Assembly: GCA_028534125.1 (NCBI GenBank)
Contig: CM052816.1
Span: forward strand, 1,922,001 to 1,986,000
DNA length: 64,000 bases
Source: Lama glama
Taxonomy: Eukaryota
Direction of reading: 5' to 3'
The notes under the pieces were generated by a model that made no database searches, had not been told where the DNA came from, and saw nothing but the letters and a program-made list of their open reading frames with translations. Position 1 is the first letter of the stretch; every line of letters starts with the position of its first letter. The position numbers and the translations under genes are program-made. Shown piece by piece: positions 24,786-39,178 of the stretch.

Positions 24786-25829
24786 ACCTTGGTAGTATTA
24801 TATTAAACAAATAACTCCTTGAAATAAAATGGATATGATTTGGAGTTAGTGGTAGAAGTAGAGAGGTTAAAGAAATTAAAGTCAAGAAATACAGACATGA
24901 AGCAGATATCCATTTAGAATAAAGTTACGATTCTTAATTTTTATGTTAATTTTTGGTTTAAATGTAATAATAGAAACAGTATATTTTCATTTAACATTGT
25001 TATTGCATAACTCAAGATGTGGTTTGAATGATGTACTGTAGTGGTTTTATTAATATTTTTGTTAGTAGGATTGCCTCTCAACAAGTATATCTTTTTTAAA
25101 ATTGAGAAGGTTATCTTTTATAAAATTGTGAAGAGTTGTCCTGTCTCTGTGAGATTCATTTTTATCTGTAGGACTCTCTGGGTTCCAAAGCTTAGTGCTA
25201 AGAACCCCTTAACAGCTCTAGGAGATTACCAAGTAAGTCATTGTGGGAAGGAGTATGGTATAGGAGAAAGGGCGGTGCACTGAAACATCTAGGTATAATA
25301 AACTCACCGCTCTTTGTTGGCACTACCTTGGGAAAGTCTCTGCAATGAGAAGATTCTTTTATGCTGCAAAACACTGATTCTCAGACCTTTATTAAAGGCT
25401 TTGTATGTTAGCTAATTTATGGAAAATAATTCCAGTCTGTGGTAAAAGAACAATTGGGTGCTTGGCTTAGATTTTTGGCTTAATCAGCAAAGTAATTCAT
25501 ACTGTGGTTTTAAAAATGTGCTTACCTTATATATTATTTCTTAATAGATTGAAATATTTATTATAAAATAGCTACTTAATAACCAGAAACATTAATTTTA
25601 GAAGTTGAGTGGGTTGTCTTCAGTTGAAATTCACGCTCACTGGCTTATAACTTTGGGAACCCAGCTGAGCCTTCTTAAATACACTTAGTGCATGCTAGGT
25701 GGAGTAAGCTCAGAGATTACTTGGGTAGATGCTTACAGCTTGAACTGTTTTTTTTGGTTAGAGTAACCTCTGTGTCGGAATATTATGTAGTGTTTATGTC
25801 TCAGTGTATAAAATTTTACCCTTAAATAA

Positions 25830-27540
25830 ATTTTTTTAATTGGTAATTTATATTCAAAAACCAAAAAGCATAAAAAGTATACAGTGAAAAGTGTCTTTCT
25901 CCTATTTCTGTTCCTCATCTGCTAAGTTCTCACTCTGAGTCCCAACAAGTAGCTATTTTTATTTCCTTGTGAGTAATTCTAGAGATATTTTTATGTATAT
26001 GTAAGTAAATATGAATGTATATTGATATATATGCAAGTATAATATATAAGTATAAATGTATATATTCCCCCTTTTTGTACACATAATACACATTGTTCTG
26101 AACCTTTTGTTTTAACTTAATGACGTATCATAGAGCCACAACTGCTGCTTTAAGATACTCACTGTTTTTTCATGTTGATACTTTCTGTTCTGCCAAATCT
26201 TAAGGTTCTGATTAAATGTTGAGGCCTCTTCCTCCACCCACCCTCCAATTCTGTTTCATAGTGACCTGGTACCCTTGTATGGCTCTACTGTAATATAGTG
26301 CACTAATTACTTTGTTGGAGGACATTTTAGATAGCACTGACTTCTGCTATTTCATTTAGTGTGATATTGAATAATTTCATATAGCCATAATTTGTACAGG
26401 TGCAGACGTAGCCTTGGGATAAGTTACTAGAAGTGAAACTGCCAGGTTGAAAAGTTTGTACGTTTGTACTGTTGGCCAGTACTGCTTTCTGTAGGGTTTT
26501 ACTGTTTTGTACCTCCACAAACAGTGGTTTAGAATTCCTGCAGTCCTGCATGCTTATCAAAACAGTGTTATCAGACTTCAATATTTGGCTGCCCAGTGGG
26601 TAAAAAAATGGATGTTTTTAAATGTATTATTCATTTGTATTTCTCTTATGAGTGAGATTAAATTTATTCACGTGTTTAGGAAAATGTGTATTTCCTCCCC
26701 TGAGAGTTGTCAGTTCATGTCCCTTGCCCACTTTTCTGTGGGATTGTAGCCTTTTCTTACCAGTTTGTGGGAGTTTGATATATAGTAGGGAAATAAACCC
26801 CTTTGTGATGAGTTGGAATTATTTTTTCCAATTTCAGTTTTCTAGATTTTGCTTAAGATTTTTTTGACATGCAGAATTTGTTTTTAATGTGATGAAATTG
26901 ATCATTTTTTCTTTTATAGCTTTAGGATTTTGAATCAATTTTTTAAAAAACCTCAGAAAATAAAAAACCCTCTATTTTTGAATTTATTAAGAATTCTATC
27001 ACATGTTACTCCATTATTTTTGTGGTTTCGTTTTTCACATTTAAATCTTTGCTCCATTTAGAATTTATCTCCACGTATAGTGTGTTTTTTATTTCACTTC
27101 TAAACTTTGTTTCTGTTCTTTCAGTTTGTCTATTTTATTATTGAGGATTTAGATTATATTTTACTGTCTAATAGAGTTAGTCTCTTCATTTTTCTTTATT
27201 TCCTTCTCAGTTTTTTGTTATTGTTAGTTTTCTATATTAACTTTAGAATTATCTAATCTTGTTCCAAAAACATACAACCCTGTTGACCTTTTTGTTGAGA
27301 TTGCATATTATTAAAATTTTAAGTTAGGATGTAGAGAGAACTTAAAGATGCTAACTCTTATTTAGGTAAGAACACAGATTTCCTGTGTTCAAGATTTCTT
27401 TTGAGTCCTTCTGGAGTGTTTTAAAGTTTTCTTTATATAAGTCTTAGATTTTTTATTGTTAAGTTCATTCCTAGGTATTTTATCTTTTTTATTACTGTTG
27501 TGAGTTATTTCCCCTTTGTATCCTCTAATTGTTATTGAGA
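25830..27540 (-). mobile_element. Degenerate L1ME fragments (L2 fragments follow at ~27600-28800 and ~29500-30900)
   Basis: T-rich antisense L1 motifs (tttgtatttctcttatgagtgag, ttcattcctaggtattt). Confidence 0.55.
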
Positions 27541-29075
27541 GCTTAAAAGTCAAGGTAGAGAGTGTAATGTTTGAGTTTATGTAATAGAATTGTACCTTCA
27601 AATTTGGAAACTTTCCAGTATGGGTTCTGTCTGAAAACAGCAAAGAGAAGTGACTGTCCAAATGTAATTGATAGAATGTTAATTGTAGAATTGTTTGCAG
27701 AGTATAGGATATTAAAAGGGGAATAGAAATAATATTGAAAGGGTAGAGTGGGGCCATTTGTGAAAAGTCCTGAATACGGATATTAGGTATTGTGCTTAAT
27801 TTGGTAGGTAGTGATGGGTCAGTAAGGGGTTTAGAGCAGGTAAGCTGCATCTGAAAACTAGTTAGACAGTGTTTTGTAGAGTGATGGATTGGGGAGGGGA
27901 GAAACTGGAGGTAAGAAGATGAGTTAGAATTTTAGGCAGAAAGTAAGAGAGCCAGAGCTAGCATGGTAAAGTTGCACAGGAAGGAGTGGACATGAGAATA
28001 ATTCTTTTGAAACTGCAATCACTAAAATTATTAGTGACCAAAAATAAAAAACTCAAGCTTCATTTGTGTCCTTATTCTGAAGACCTTTCCATGTTTATGA
28101 AGGTGTTGACCACTTCCTCTTTCCTAAAAATGTTTCTGGATTCTTCTAACTTACTGATCATTCCTTCTGACTCTCTTGCTGTATTTTTTCTTTGGGCTTC
28201 TTTAGTGCTGACATTCCCAGAATTTGTGTTTAATTTTCATCTTTTGTTGTTTGGGTGATCTCGCGTAGTTTTGGCTACAGATCTCTGTGTCCACTCTTCA
28301 CTGCTTTTTTGACCACCTTGGTCTGGGGTAGTGTTCCTCCGCTTTGTTTCCATGGTACGCAGTTTCTACCTCCCCCATAGCACTTACTGTGCTGCATTCT
28401 AAGGGTCCATGTACTCATCTGTCTTCCTAACTAGATTGTGAGTTCCTTTAAGGTAGGCATGGGGTTGTCTCTTATCTCGGTATTCTCAGCACCTAGTTAG
28501 TGCTTGATGTTGAATAAATGAATTTCCATCTACCTTTAAATAACGTCACCTAAATATTCTATAGACACCTCAGCTTACCATCAGTCACTGAACTTATCGT
28601 CTTCACTTCACCTCAAACCACTTCCTCCTTGTGTATTTCCTGTCTTAATAGCAAAGCCATTGTCTTGATTACCCAAGCTAGAAACATCAGAACATCTTCA
28701 GTTCCTTGTTCTCAGCCACTCATCCGTAGATCACCACTAAGACTCATTTAAGTATGTATCTTATAGCTGGCCCTGCCAACTCCATACCCAAAGCTACTGT
28801 TTTATTCCGTGTCCTTATTTTTCCCCCACTAGTAAAATAACCTTTTACATAGCAGAAATTCCTGTATTTTGTTAGGAAGATTGATCAGTCCTTAAGCTGG
28901 TTGTCATTTTTAAATGCTGCTTGTCTTGTTCTTAATTAAAAATTACTGCTGGGTTAGCTTCATCATTATCAATTTAGTTGGTTGTGGTTTGTTTGGTTAA
29001 TCCTGTAGCATGAACAGTGATGCGTATTTGCATAAGCAATAGTTCTGTATTTTTCAGATAACTAGAATATGTATC

Positions 29076-29281
29076 CAGTTGACCCTAGAACTGTGCAGGT
29101 CCACTTATAGGTGGATTTTTTCCCAGGAAATACATACTACAGTACTACACAATCTGCAGTTGGTTGAATCCGTGGATGTGGAAATGCAGACACAGAGAAT
29201 TGACGGTGAAGCTGCACTTGGGCTTTCTGCTATACGGAGGGGCTGGTGCTCCCAACCCCTGCTCTGTTCAAGGGTCAGCTG
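29076..29281. mobile_element. MER8 (TcMar-Tigger non-autonomous element)
   Basis: Terminal inverted repeats CAGTTGACCCT ... AGGGTCAGCTG; internal tactacagtactacac and ggttgaatccgtggatg. Confidence 0.85.
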
Positions 29282-31861
29282 TTGATTGTCGTTTAGCTGA
29301 CTTGTTCATACTGCTCTTGTATCAGAATAAGTATTCATAATCTCTCAAAAATCTTCTTGTGTGATAAATTTTGTTTTCACGAAGTTATTGTTTCACTGGA
29401 ATGTGGAAGTAGGGGTATAGGTGAGCCATACAGTTTTTGTTGTTTTTTTTTGTTGTTTTCTTACCTCACCTGAATGGTATCTAAAGGATTTGAGAACACT
29501 AGTGAGGCTCAACTCCTCATTATCATCTACAAGTCTTTATACTGAGGCTTTAGCCACATGTTCTGTTGGCATCATCTCCCAGTAACTTCCCAGTACTCTT
29601 TCTATTTACACCAAAATCTAGTCTGGCCTACAGAATTTACTGTCTCCTGAAAGTATCCTTTGTGCTTTTATGATTTTTAGACTTACTGTTCTCTTTTCTT
29701 GGAACATTTCCCCTTTTTCTTAGCCTAGTAAAGGTCTTTTCACTCCTTGAGGTCCAGGTCAAACTTAACCACTTTACCATAGCCCTTCTAATATTTGTTT
29801 ATTAGAGCACCGTATTGTGTCATACTTTTGTCCATGTTTGTTTTTTCTCTAGACTGTGATTTCTTTATTTTTTCTTCTTTGGATTTTCCATGTCTAGGAA
29901 TGCCTATCTATCTTACTTTACACATAATAATGTTGGTTGAAGGAGTGAATAAACAAAAGAAAGAATGAAATGTGTATGTTTAATCTAGAGGATTTAGTAG
30001 CTGGATTTTATGAGATGTATAGGAGAGGGGAAAGATAATGGAAAGGAAAGGAGAATGATAGTTCATTAAAAAACAAAAGTTAAGGAAACATTTAATGCAA
30101 TAGATTGATTATAAAATCCTTCAGCCACAAACATTGAAAATGCTTGCTAAATATAGCAAACATCATTCTAAATACTTCTAAAATCCTGTGAGATAAGAAT
30201 TAACAAAATAAATTGGGGGAAATTATTTTTAAAAATGAAAAGCAGATAGAAATCTGTATCTTTGGCTTTTGCTGGATTGTTCTTAAAGTTAGGATGTGTG
30301 GGAAATCCGAATTCTACCTCTTTAGTCCCTACCACACCACCTCTGTTTCTTTAGCTTTAAGCATGGTTGATTCAGTATGGGAGAGACATTAGGTGTTAAG
30401 AAGGGATATCTGTGTGCTAATAAAGACTCATTCATAAGAGGAAAATGAAGTTGGACCAGATTTTGAAAGACGTAGAATGTCAGGCTGAGAGATTCAGAAC
30501 TTTCAAAGGTTTCAGAGCATGAGAGTTATCTAAATGAAAGTAATGGTCTGGGGAATGTATTACCCTTATAGCAAAGCATTGGATGAATGAGGATGGAAAG
30601 AGACTGAAAGAAGAATAGAATTTATTATTATAGAACAGAGCAGATTAGGTTGGGACATAGGGACTGGAAGGTGGGGCAACATATGAGAGACCTGTTGAGT
30701 AGACTCAGCAGGACTGGCTGATTAAAGATGACTCAGGTTTGAGTCAGAGTGAATGGGATGTAGGAGAGTGAAAGAGGGTGAGGTGATGTAGCTTGCTGAG
30801 GGAGGAAGAAAGGAATGCAGTTTGTCCTTCGATATGAGAACATTTAAGTGGACTGTATCTCAGGCATCATGAGCTATTAGATGTCTACCTCGAACAGGAC
30901 ATTATTAGGTTTTTTGCTTATGTAGTAGGTTCTCAGAACTGTTGCTGTATCATCTGGAATGGTATATTTGAAGCAACAAGATAGATTCCTTGGGCTAGAT
31001 ACTCTTAAATAGAGAAAAGAAGTTGTTCTGGAAATTTCCTATGTTCGTTTGAGAGGGTGAAAGGAAAGAGGAGGGGAGGGTTTAGAGGGTAAAAGGAAAT
31101 CCCTGTCATAGAGCCAAAGAATAACCATTTTGAAGGTAGTTGCCTCTGCTGACGGGACAAGAATAAACAGGATGTTGTAAGTTTGACAAGTAGGTAATTG
31201 TTGATTTTCAAGTTTCTTTAGACTGGAAGGGTAAGGGCGGGATAATAGATCGTTAGAAAATAGGCACACTGGACAGATACGTTGGTAACATGTCAGTGGA
31301 ATGAGAAAAATAGGTAATAGGAAAAGGAGAAATCAATATGGAAAGCAGTTTTTCTTTAAGACTGGGGAGAAGAGCCCTGCACATCCTTTAAAAAGAGAGG
31401 TAAGGACACTATCGAGGGAATGACTGAAGATAACAGAAGATAGAGGGTCTTTGGAATTGGGAAAAATAAGATCTGAGTCACACGGAAGGGGCGGCCGTAG
31501 AGAGGGACAGTGAGACATCCAGTTCTCCCTCTGGGACTAGAGAATGCTAGAACTGATGTAGAAGAAATAAGGTGACAAGGGTAGATGATGAGAAGAATCC
31601 TGTTGTACTTCTGTGTGATGTATTTGATTATACAGTAGAAAAATCTACAAAGGAATAGAAAAATGCTATATATTTTCAATAGAAAAATCCTTGTGATTTT
31701 ACTGTGCTAAACTTACTTTGGTAATGAAGAAAAAAACCTCAGAGTTGTTGAAATTTAATTGGAAAGTAATTTAACTTTAAGCCTTTTTTATTAGTGTAAT
31801 TAATTGGGAGACTAAATTAGAATTGTATTTTATTTATATCTCTCTTTAATTTCTACTACAG

Positions 31862-31970
31862 GGTATATCTTAAGTGTTGTGCTGCTAACCTTGCCGAGGC
31901 AGCATCTGGTTCAGCTTTACCTATATTTTTTAACTGCCCTGCTCCTCTATGCTGGACATCAGATCTCCAG
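31862..31970 (+). CDS. RNF145: RNF145 coding exon 2 (sterol-sensing domain, YLYF motif)
   Basis: ctacag/GG TAT ATC gives GYILSVVLLTLPRQHLVQLYLYFLTALLLYAGHQIS(R); donor CAG/gtaaga; 109 nt, phase-compatible with neighbours; not in the ORF track. Confidence 0.96.
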
Positions 31971-34900
31971 GTAAGAATGTGACCCATTTTTTAAATGTAT
32001 GCCTGAATTTAAAGTTTTCCTTTACCAGTAAAATATTTTTCATGAACACTGTTAAGAAGCTGAGGCTTTGAGGTGTCCAAAACAGGATTTTTGATACCTG
32101 TTTTCTAAATAAATACTACTGTACCATTAATAGCTGAGGTTATGCCTCAAATTTTATTTCTGCTTTTAAGAACAATGTTAATATGAAATGGGCCTTAAGG
32201 CTATGTTTACAAAGATACCCATGAACTTTTCTGTATTACCCAAGACAAGAATTTCCAAATACAGGCTACAGGAACATGTTAACAATTAAGGACTTCCTTC
32301 CTTTCATCATTTTAGGAAGTCTGTTTATGATGCATGAGAATCAACAAAAGATGCAACCGTGTATTTAGCAGATGGTTGATATAAATTATTTCACAAGATT
32401 AATTATATAGCTCAGGACTTCTGCCTCTTCAGAAGTATTGTTTATTTATCTAAGTCTGCTGGTACTAAATGTAAGAATTTGATCTGCCAATGAATATAAG
32501 CTTCCTACTTTGAAGCAGACTGTTAAAATGCAGGTGACCAAAAGCCACACAGTAAATGTCATGGAACAGAATCAATTTGGAGGGATAATATTTCTTTTGT
32601 TCTGATTGAAATGCATAACATAATAAAATGTACTCCTAACTCTAAGAGTGTCAGTTACTTTGCATGTATAACAAGGTATAATTGTCTAGAGGTTTTGAAA
32701 CACGGATTTTGGTGTAGGTTTGAAATTTAATCTTAGAAATAGCATTTTTATTATTACTAGAATTGAATGGTTGACTTTTTAAAAATCTCCCCCCCACTGA
32801 TGATAAAATTATACTGTTCACTGTAGACAATTTTGGGAAATACAGAAAATTTAAAGGCAGTAGCAGTCACCTAAAATTAGTATCACCCAGAGATAGATGT
32901 GTTAAAAAACTAGAAGGAAATACGAGAATTTTAATACTTCCCAGTTTTCACCACTTCGATGGATACAAAAAAATTGCTAATAGTCACTGACTCTTGATTC
33001 CTCTTTTTGAGTCAAGACCTCCATCTTCCTTATTTCATCGAGTTATTTCTCAGAGACCCCAAAGTATTTCCCAGAAATTCCGTCTTCTCAACATTCCTCT
33101 CCTCAGTTCCTGTCTGGTTGATTTCTTCTGCTCAGAATCGTCTCTGGAGGGTGGGGTCTTACTCTTTAAACTTGTGCTGCTATTCTTGCTCAGGATCTGT
33201 CCTGGTCCTTGGATATCAGTTACAAAATACGGCGCTGTAGGATGAGTGCTGCATTTCTTATAATTGTCACAGTATTTCCCATCAAGCTGTTTTACTCTGT
33301 GAAGTGGAGACATTACTAATTTTGTCACACAAGTATGTCACTGTGTCTTAACCTCCTTCACAGGAACAATTGAATCTTTTTCTGTGACATCTTTCTCCAC
33401 AGAGCTTAGACTAGGAGTCCAAGGGCCAGTACTGACTCAGACGGCATGATGTCTTTTCCATTCCAGAACTACCAGCCCCAAACCCTGACACGATCTTTTC
33501 TTGTGGCCTTGCCCGGACAACTTTGAATCTTAATTAGCTCAAGCTCAAGGTGGAGACCCTTCCCTATCTTAATTTATTCATTTTTTTTTGAACAAAAATT
33601 TAACCTATGTAGTATAGTGCAGTAGGTCACTGTTTTAGTACGTAAATGAATGCCTGAGTGCCTAAGAATGCCATACCTTTTGGAAAAATGGGTGATTGGA
33701 TAGGTTCAATTCCTGTCCCTTATTTATTGTTCTGTAACCTTAGTTTCACTTACCAGAAAGGTATGTCTCAGTTTCTTCACCTGTGAAATGCTGACAATAT
33801 CTTAAGGGGCTGTTACACAGATTCAGTAAGATTACTCATGTAAAGCTCTTAGCACGATTTCTGACATGTCATAAGTGCTCAGTGGATTTTAACTAACATT
33901 ATTATGTTTTGTTTTTACTGTGCAGCAATGTTTTGTCAGCATTTTCCTTTGTCAGTAGTCGTTTAAAAATGATTTTTTCCATGTGGGGTATTCTGTGGTC
34001 CAGCTATCTAATGATAGCTTTTTGGAGTTGATAGGATTTTGATGCTCAATCAAAGAAATCCCGAAGTTGAATGTAGAGCTATTAAAATTGTTACTTTTAT
34101 TTGTTACTATAATTCTGGGTGAGAAAATAATGAACCTGCACTTTCCTTTACAGTTTTTCGGTTTCCATGTGTTTTAGTGGTATAGTGATGACTGAAACCG
34201 TGTATTTTTATCTGCAGTGTAACCATCTAGGCTTCACTAGAGGGGTCAAAATTCTGTTATGGAGGGATAAAGGGGACCCTAAAAGTGTCAGAGGTAAAGA
34301 AAAGCCTTTTTCTGACCATTCTTCTATGATAATTTCAACTTTCTACTTTTAGTTTGTGGGAATGTTTTTTCTGATGTTTAAAGTTTATTTTCATTACCAG
34401 AAAATTTTAACTTACTTTAAACAATAAAAAGAATTGCAGTGAAATTTTACAGTGTGCAAAAAAGTTTCTTGTTTTTTATTTCATTTTCATCCTTATAATC
34501 CTTTGAATTATACAGATGAAAAAAACTTTCTGAAATGGGCAAACCACTAGGAAGGGATGATCCCAGACGTTAACTTGAATCCATGTATTCTGATTCCTAG
34601 TTCAGTCCCCCTTGGGAGGTAGCATGGAAATTGGAAAGAAAATTGGTTTTAGAGTCAATAAGGTATGAAATAATTTCCCAAATTAGTAAATATGTTACCT
34701 TGGCAAGTTGCTTCTTTGAAACTGTTAAGTGAGACAGTGCTTATCTTACAGAGTTAGTTTTGGTATTAAACTAACAATGTCAAGAAACGGCATATTTTAG
34801 TATTTCTCTTCTTAGTGTAATTTACACTACATGATACTGTTTCAAAAAATATTAGCAAAGGTGTCGTTGAATTATTAATAAAATGTTACATTTAATAACA

Positions 34901-35014
34901 TTGAGTCTTGAACATGTCTCATTTATAGAATATTAAGGCTGAATTTTTTAGTTTTAAAAAGCAATGGTTCATATTTCATGTGGCAGCTTCATAACCAAGT
35001 ATCTTTTAAAAAAT

Positions 35015-35945
35015 AAACAGCTTCGTTAAGGTACAATTCACATACCTGTTCAAAGTGTACAGCTCACTGGTTTTGAATACATTCACAGAACTGTGCAAAT
35101 CATCACAATTGATGATTAGAACATTTTCATCACTCCAAAGAGAAACCCCGTACCCATCGGCAGTCACTCCTCATTTCCTACGCCCTGCCCCAGCCATAAG
35201 CAGCTGTCAGTCTGTTCTCTCTCTTATGAATTAGCTTATTCTGGACAGTTCATGTACATTGAATTGTATAGTGTGTGGTCCTTTGTGCCTGGTTTTTTTT
35301 TCACTTAGCATGTTTTCAATGTTCATCCATGTTGTAGCATGTATCAGTACTTTATTTTTCTGTCCAAATCATACTCTGTTGTATGAATATACCACATTTT
35401 GTTTATTCATTCATCCATTGATGGACATTTGTTTCTGTCTTTTTGGATGGATAATGCTGTGACAATTCATGGTTTTTGTGTAGACGTACTTTTTTTGGTG
35501 GGGGGAGGACATATATGTTGGAGTGGAATTGCTGGATCAAACAGTATCTACGTTTAAACTTTTGATAAACAACAAGACTATTTTCTGAAGTGGCTGCACT
35601 ATTTTACACTTCTACCAGCCGTGTATGAGGATTCCAGTTTCCCCACATGCTTGCTAATACTTGCTGATATCTATCTTTTTCAGTATAGCCATGATAGTGA
35701 GTGTGAAGTGGTATTTCATTGTAGTTTTGATTTGCATTCCTCTGATAGCTAATAATGTTTGGCGTCTTTTCATGTGTTCATTTAACCATTTGTAAGTTTT
35801 CCTTGGGGTAGTGTTTTGTTCAGATCCTTTGCCCATTATTTAACTGGGTTATTTGTCTTTTTTAAAAAATTGGGTTTTAGGAGTTCTTTGTATGTTGTAG
35901 ATACAATCCCTTATCAGTATGATTTACAAGTATTTTCCACCATTC
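35015..35945 (-). mobile_element. L1MB 3' portion
   Basis: Antisense L1 3'UTR and ORF2 tail (GMQIKTTMKYHFTL on the - strand). Confidence 0.8.
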
Positions 35946-36054
35946 AGTCCAGTCTGGTTATATCAAGGCAGAGTGTAGTGTGGTCCTGAGAAGGAAAATC
36001 AATACTTGGATAATTTAAATAATTAATTTGATTCTTCAGAAACTGGCTATAATG

Positions 36055-36300
36055 GAGGGGGAGGGATAAATTAGGAGTTTGGGATTAACATATACATACT
36101 ACTGTATATAAAATAAACAAGGACTTACTGTATAGCACAGGGATCTGTATTCAGTATCTTGTAATGATCTATAATGGAAAAGAATCTGAATAAAAATATA
36201 TATGTCTTTGTACATATAACTGAATCACTTTGCTGTACACCTGCTGCACACAACTATATAAATCAACTATACTTAAGTTAAAAAAAATCAAGAACAACAA
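36055..36300 (+). mobile_element. Artiodactyl-type L1 3' end
   Basis: gggataaattaggagtttgggatt...ctgtatagcacaggga...aactatacttaa(A)n, similar to the 3'UTR of the L1 at 1493-2232. Confidence 0.8.
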
Positions 36301-36407
36301 TAAAAAAACTGAATATAGAAAAAGACATTTGCAAATATTAATTTCTTAAAATGAAAATTTCATAAACTCTGAAATAACTGGCTCTCTCTTTTCCCCTAAT
36401 ATGTATA

Positions 36408-38319
36408 GAAGCATTCCTTGTTTTATTGGGCTTCGCTTTATTGTGTTTTGTAGATACTTCGTTTTTTACAAATTGAAAGTTTGTGGCAGCCCTGCTTCGA
36501 ACAAGTCTGTAGGTGCTGATTTTCTAACAGCATTTGCCCACTTCGTATCTGTGTGTCACAGTTTGGTCATCCTCACAGTATTTCAAACTTTTTTGTATTC
36601 TTACTGTATTTGTTATGGTGACCTGTGATCAGTGATCTTTGATATTACTATTGTAATTGTTTTAGGGCTCCACAAACCTCACCCATATAAGACTGCAAAC
36701 TTAATAAATGCTGTATGTGTTCTGTCTGTGCTACCGGCTGGCTATTCCCCCATCTCTCTCCCTCTCCTTGGGCCTCCCTGTTCCCTAAGATACAATATTG
36801 AAATTAGGCCAATTAATAATCATGCAGTGACCTCTTAAGTGTTCAAGTGAAAGGAAGAGTCACATGTGTCTCACTTTAAATCAAAAGCTAGTGATTAAGT
36901 TTAGTGAGGAAGTCGTGTTGAAAGCTGAGAAAGGCTGAAAGCTGGGCCTCTTGTGCCAAACACTTAGCCCAGTTGTGAATCTAAAGGAAAAGTTCTTCAA
37001 GGAAGTTAAAGTGCTACTTCAGTGAACACCTGAATGATAAGAAAGCAAAACAGCCATATTGCTGATAATGGAGAAAATTTCAGTGGTCTGGATAGAAGAT
37101 CAAACCAGCCACAACCATCCCTGAAACCAAAGCCTAATTCAGAGCAAGGCCCTTAACTCTCTTCACATCAATAAAGGCTGAGAGAGAGGAGGAAACTGCA
37201 GAATAAAAGTTTGACCTACTGCTCAAAAAAGATTCCTTTCAAAATATTACTCCTCCCTGACAATGCATCTGGTTGCCCAAGAGCTCTGTTGGAGATGTGT
37301 AACGGGAATCAATGTTTTCATGTCTGCTGACCAACATCCTTTCTACAGCCCACTGATCAAGGAGCAATTTTGGTTTTCAAGTCTTATCATTTAAGAAATA
37401 CATCTCATAAGGCTATAGCTACCATAGCTAGGGATTCTTCTGATGGATCTGGGCAAAGTAAACTGAAAACCTTCTGGAAGGAATTCACCATTCTAGATGG
37501 CATTAAGAACATTCATGATTCATGGAAAGAGGCAGAAACATCAACATAAGCAGGAGTTTGGAAGAAGTTGAGTCCCAGCCTTGTGGGTGAGTTTGAGGGG
37601 TTCACGTCTTCAGTAGAGGGAGTCTCTGCAGATGTGGTGGAGGTAGCAAGAAAACTGGAATCAGGAGTGGAGCCTGCAGGTGTGGCTGAATTGCTGCAGT
37701 CTCACAACAGAAACTTTAATGGCTGCTGCTTACGATCGTAGACAGTGGTTTCTTGATGTGGAATCTACTCCTGGTGAAGATGCTGTGAACTTTGTTGAAA
37801 TGATAACAAAGGATTAAGAATATTACATATTACTTAAACTTAGTTGATAAAGTAGTGGCAGGGTTTGAGAGAATTGACTATAGTTTTGAAAGTTCTGCTT
37901 TGGGTAGAATGATATCAAACAGCATTGAATGCTGCAAAGAAATCCTTTGTGAAAGAGTCAGTCAGTGTGGCATACTTCATTGTTGTCTTATTTTAAGAAA
38001 TTGCCACAGCCACTCCAGCCTTCAGCAGCCACCACCGTGATCAGGCAGCAGCCATCAGCACTGAGGCAAGACCCTTTACCAGCAAAAACATTATGATTTG
38101 CTGGAGGCTCAGATGATGTTTAGTGTTTTTTAGCAATGAAGTATTTTTTAATTAAAGTATGTAAATTTTTTTAGACATAATGCTATTATTGCACACTTAG
38201 TGGACTACAGTATAGTGTAAATATAACTTTTATATGTACTAGGAAACCAAAAAATTTATCTGACTCACTTTATTGTGGTGGTCTGGAACTGAACTCTCAG
38301 TATCTCCAAGATATGCCTT
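36408..38319 (+). mobile_element. Tigger1 DNA transposon with both ends and an internal deletion; transposase decayed
   Basis: Degenerate TIRs gaagcattccttg and caagatatgcctt flanked by TA (36406-36407, 38320-38321); body matches the recalled Tigger1 consensus; about 1.9 kb versus about 2.4 kb full length. Confidence 0.9.
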
Positions 38320-38964
38320 TACTCGCATAATGAAGCTGATTTTCGTTAAGTGAGTAAAAACTTATTTAGAACATGTCTATAAAATGGATATAACTTGCAG
38401 TTCAGAAGAATTAAACTTTAGAAGATCCCTGGGCTCAATTAGTATAATATGAACATTAATATTCTAATTGAACTGATTAGAATTTAATAAATGTCAGTTC
38501 TTTAATTTTTAAAATTCTAAACTATGCTTTTCATTTTGAATGATGTAAGGAATGTATTTTTGAGTACCAGTCCTATTTTAAAATTGACACTATGCCGAAT
38601 TACCGGGAAAAAAAAGGAAAACTTGACAAACTATTGTGATCATCTGTGAGAGTGTGGTCATGGTTTATATCCATACTTAAGTGTTTTTCTCTAAAAATTT
38701 TAAACTTCATTTATTCTTAAATTCTTTGTTCTATTGTTCGACTTATGAACCAATATATCAATTTTATATGTGTATGACTTTAGTTAAGACTTAAGCCTGT
38801 GGGTTTCAAAAGATGAAAGGATACCCTTTTCATCCTAGTTAGTCTTGGATAAGTAACTATGATTTCAAATGTAAAACATTTTCCTGTGAGTTACTTATGT
38901 GCCAGATACAGATCACTAGCTCTCCATTTTATGAAAGCTTGTAAAATTCAAAGCTGTAGATGAG

Positions 38965-39178
38965 GATTTCTCTCTTTCAGGACTGTTAGCGTTTTGGGCC
39001 AGGTCATTTGCTGTGGGACAGTTGTGTGCATTTTTATTATGAGACGTTAACAACAGCACTCTTTCTCACTGTATTGCAGAGCGCCACCTGCCCCACAGTT
39101 GTGAAACCAGAAAGTATCCCTAATTGCCAAATGTTACCTCCTGGGGAACAAAATTTTCCTCATTTGAAAACCACTGCT
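38965..39178. mobile_element. MER20 (hAT-Charlie)
   Basis: ttttgggccagg..tgtggg...cagttgtga..ccagaaa...attgccaaatgt...gaaaaccactg. Confidence 0.65.

Noticed and set aside
27350..27371. Recursive-splice-like motif ctaactcttatttag/gtaaga (similar ttttag/gtaagg near 55150)
   Set aside because: The branch motif is too close to the AG, it lies in an L1 remnant, and the intron is short for recursive splicing.
27389..27850. 153-aa - strand ORF
   Set aside because: A chance fusion across L2 and L1 remnants; its C-terminus is frameshifted L1 ORF2.
36850..37960. Possible domesticated Tigger transposase
   Set aside because: Multiple stops and frameshifts plus a large deletion; no long ORF.
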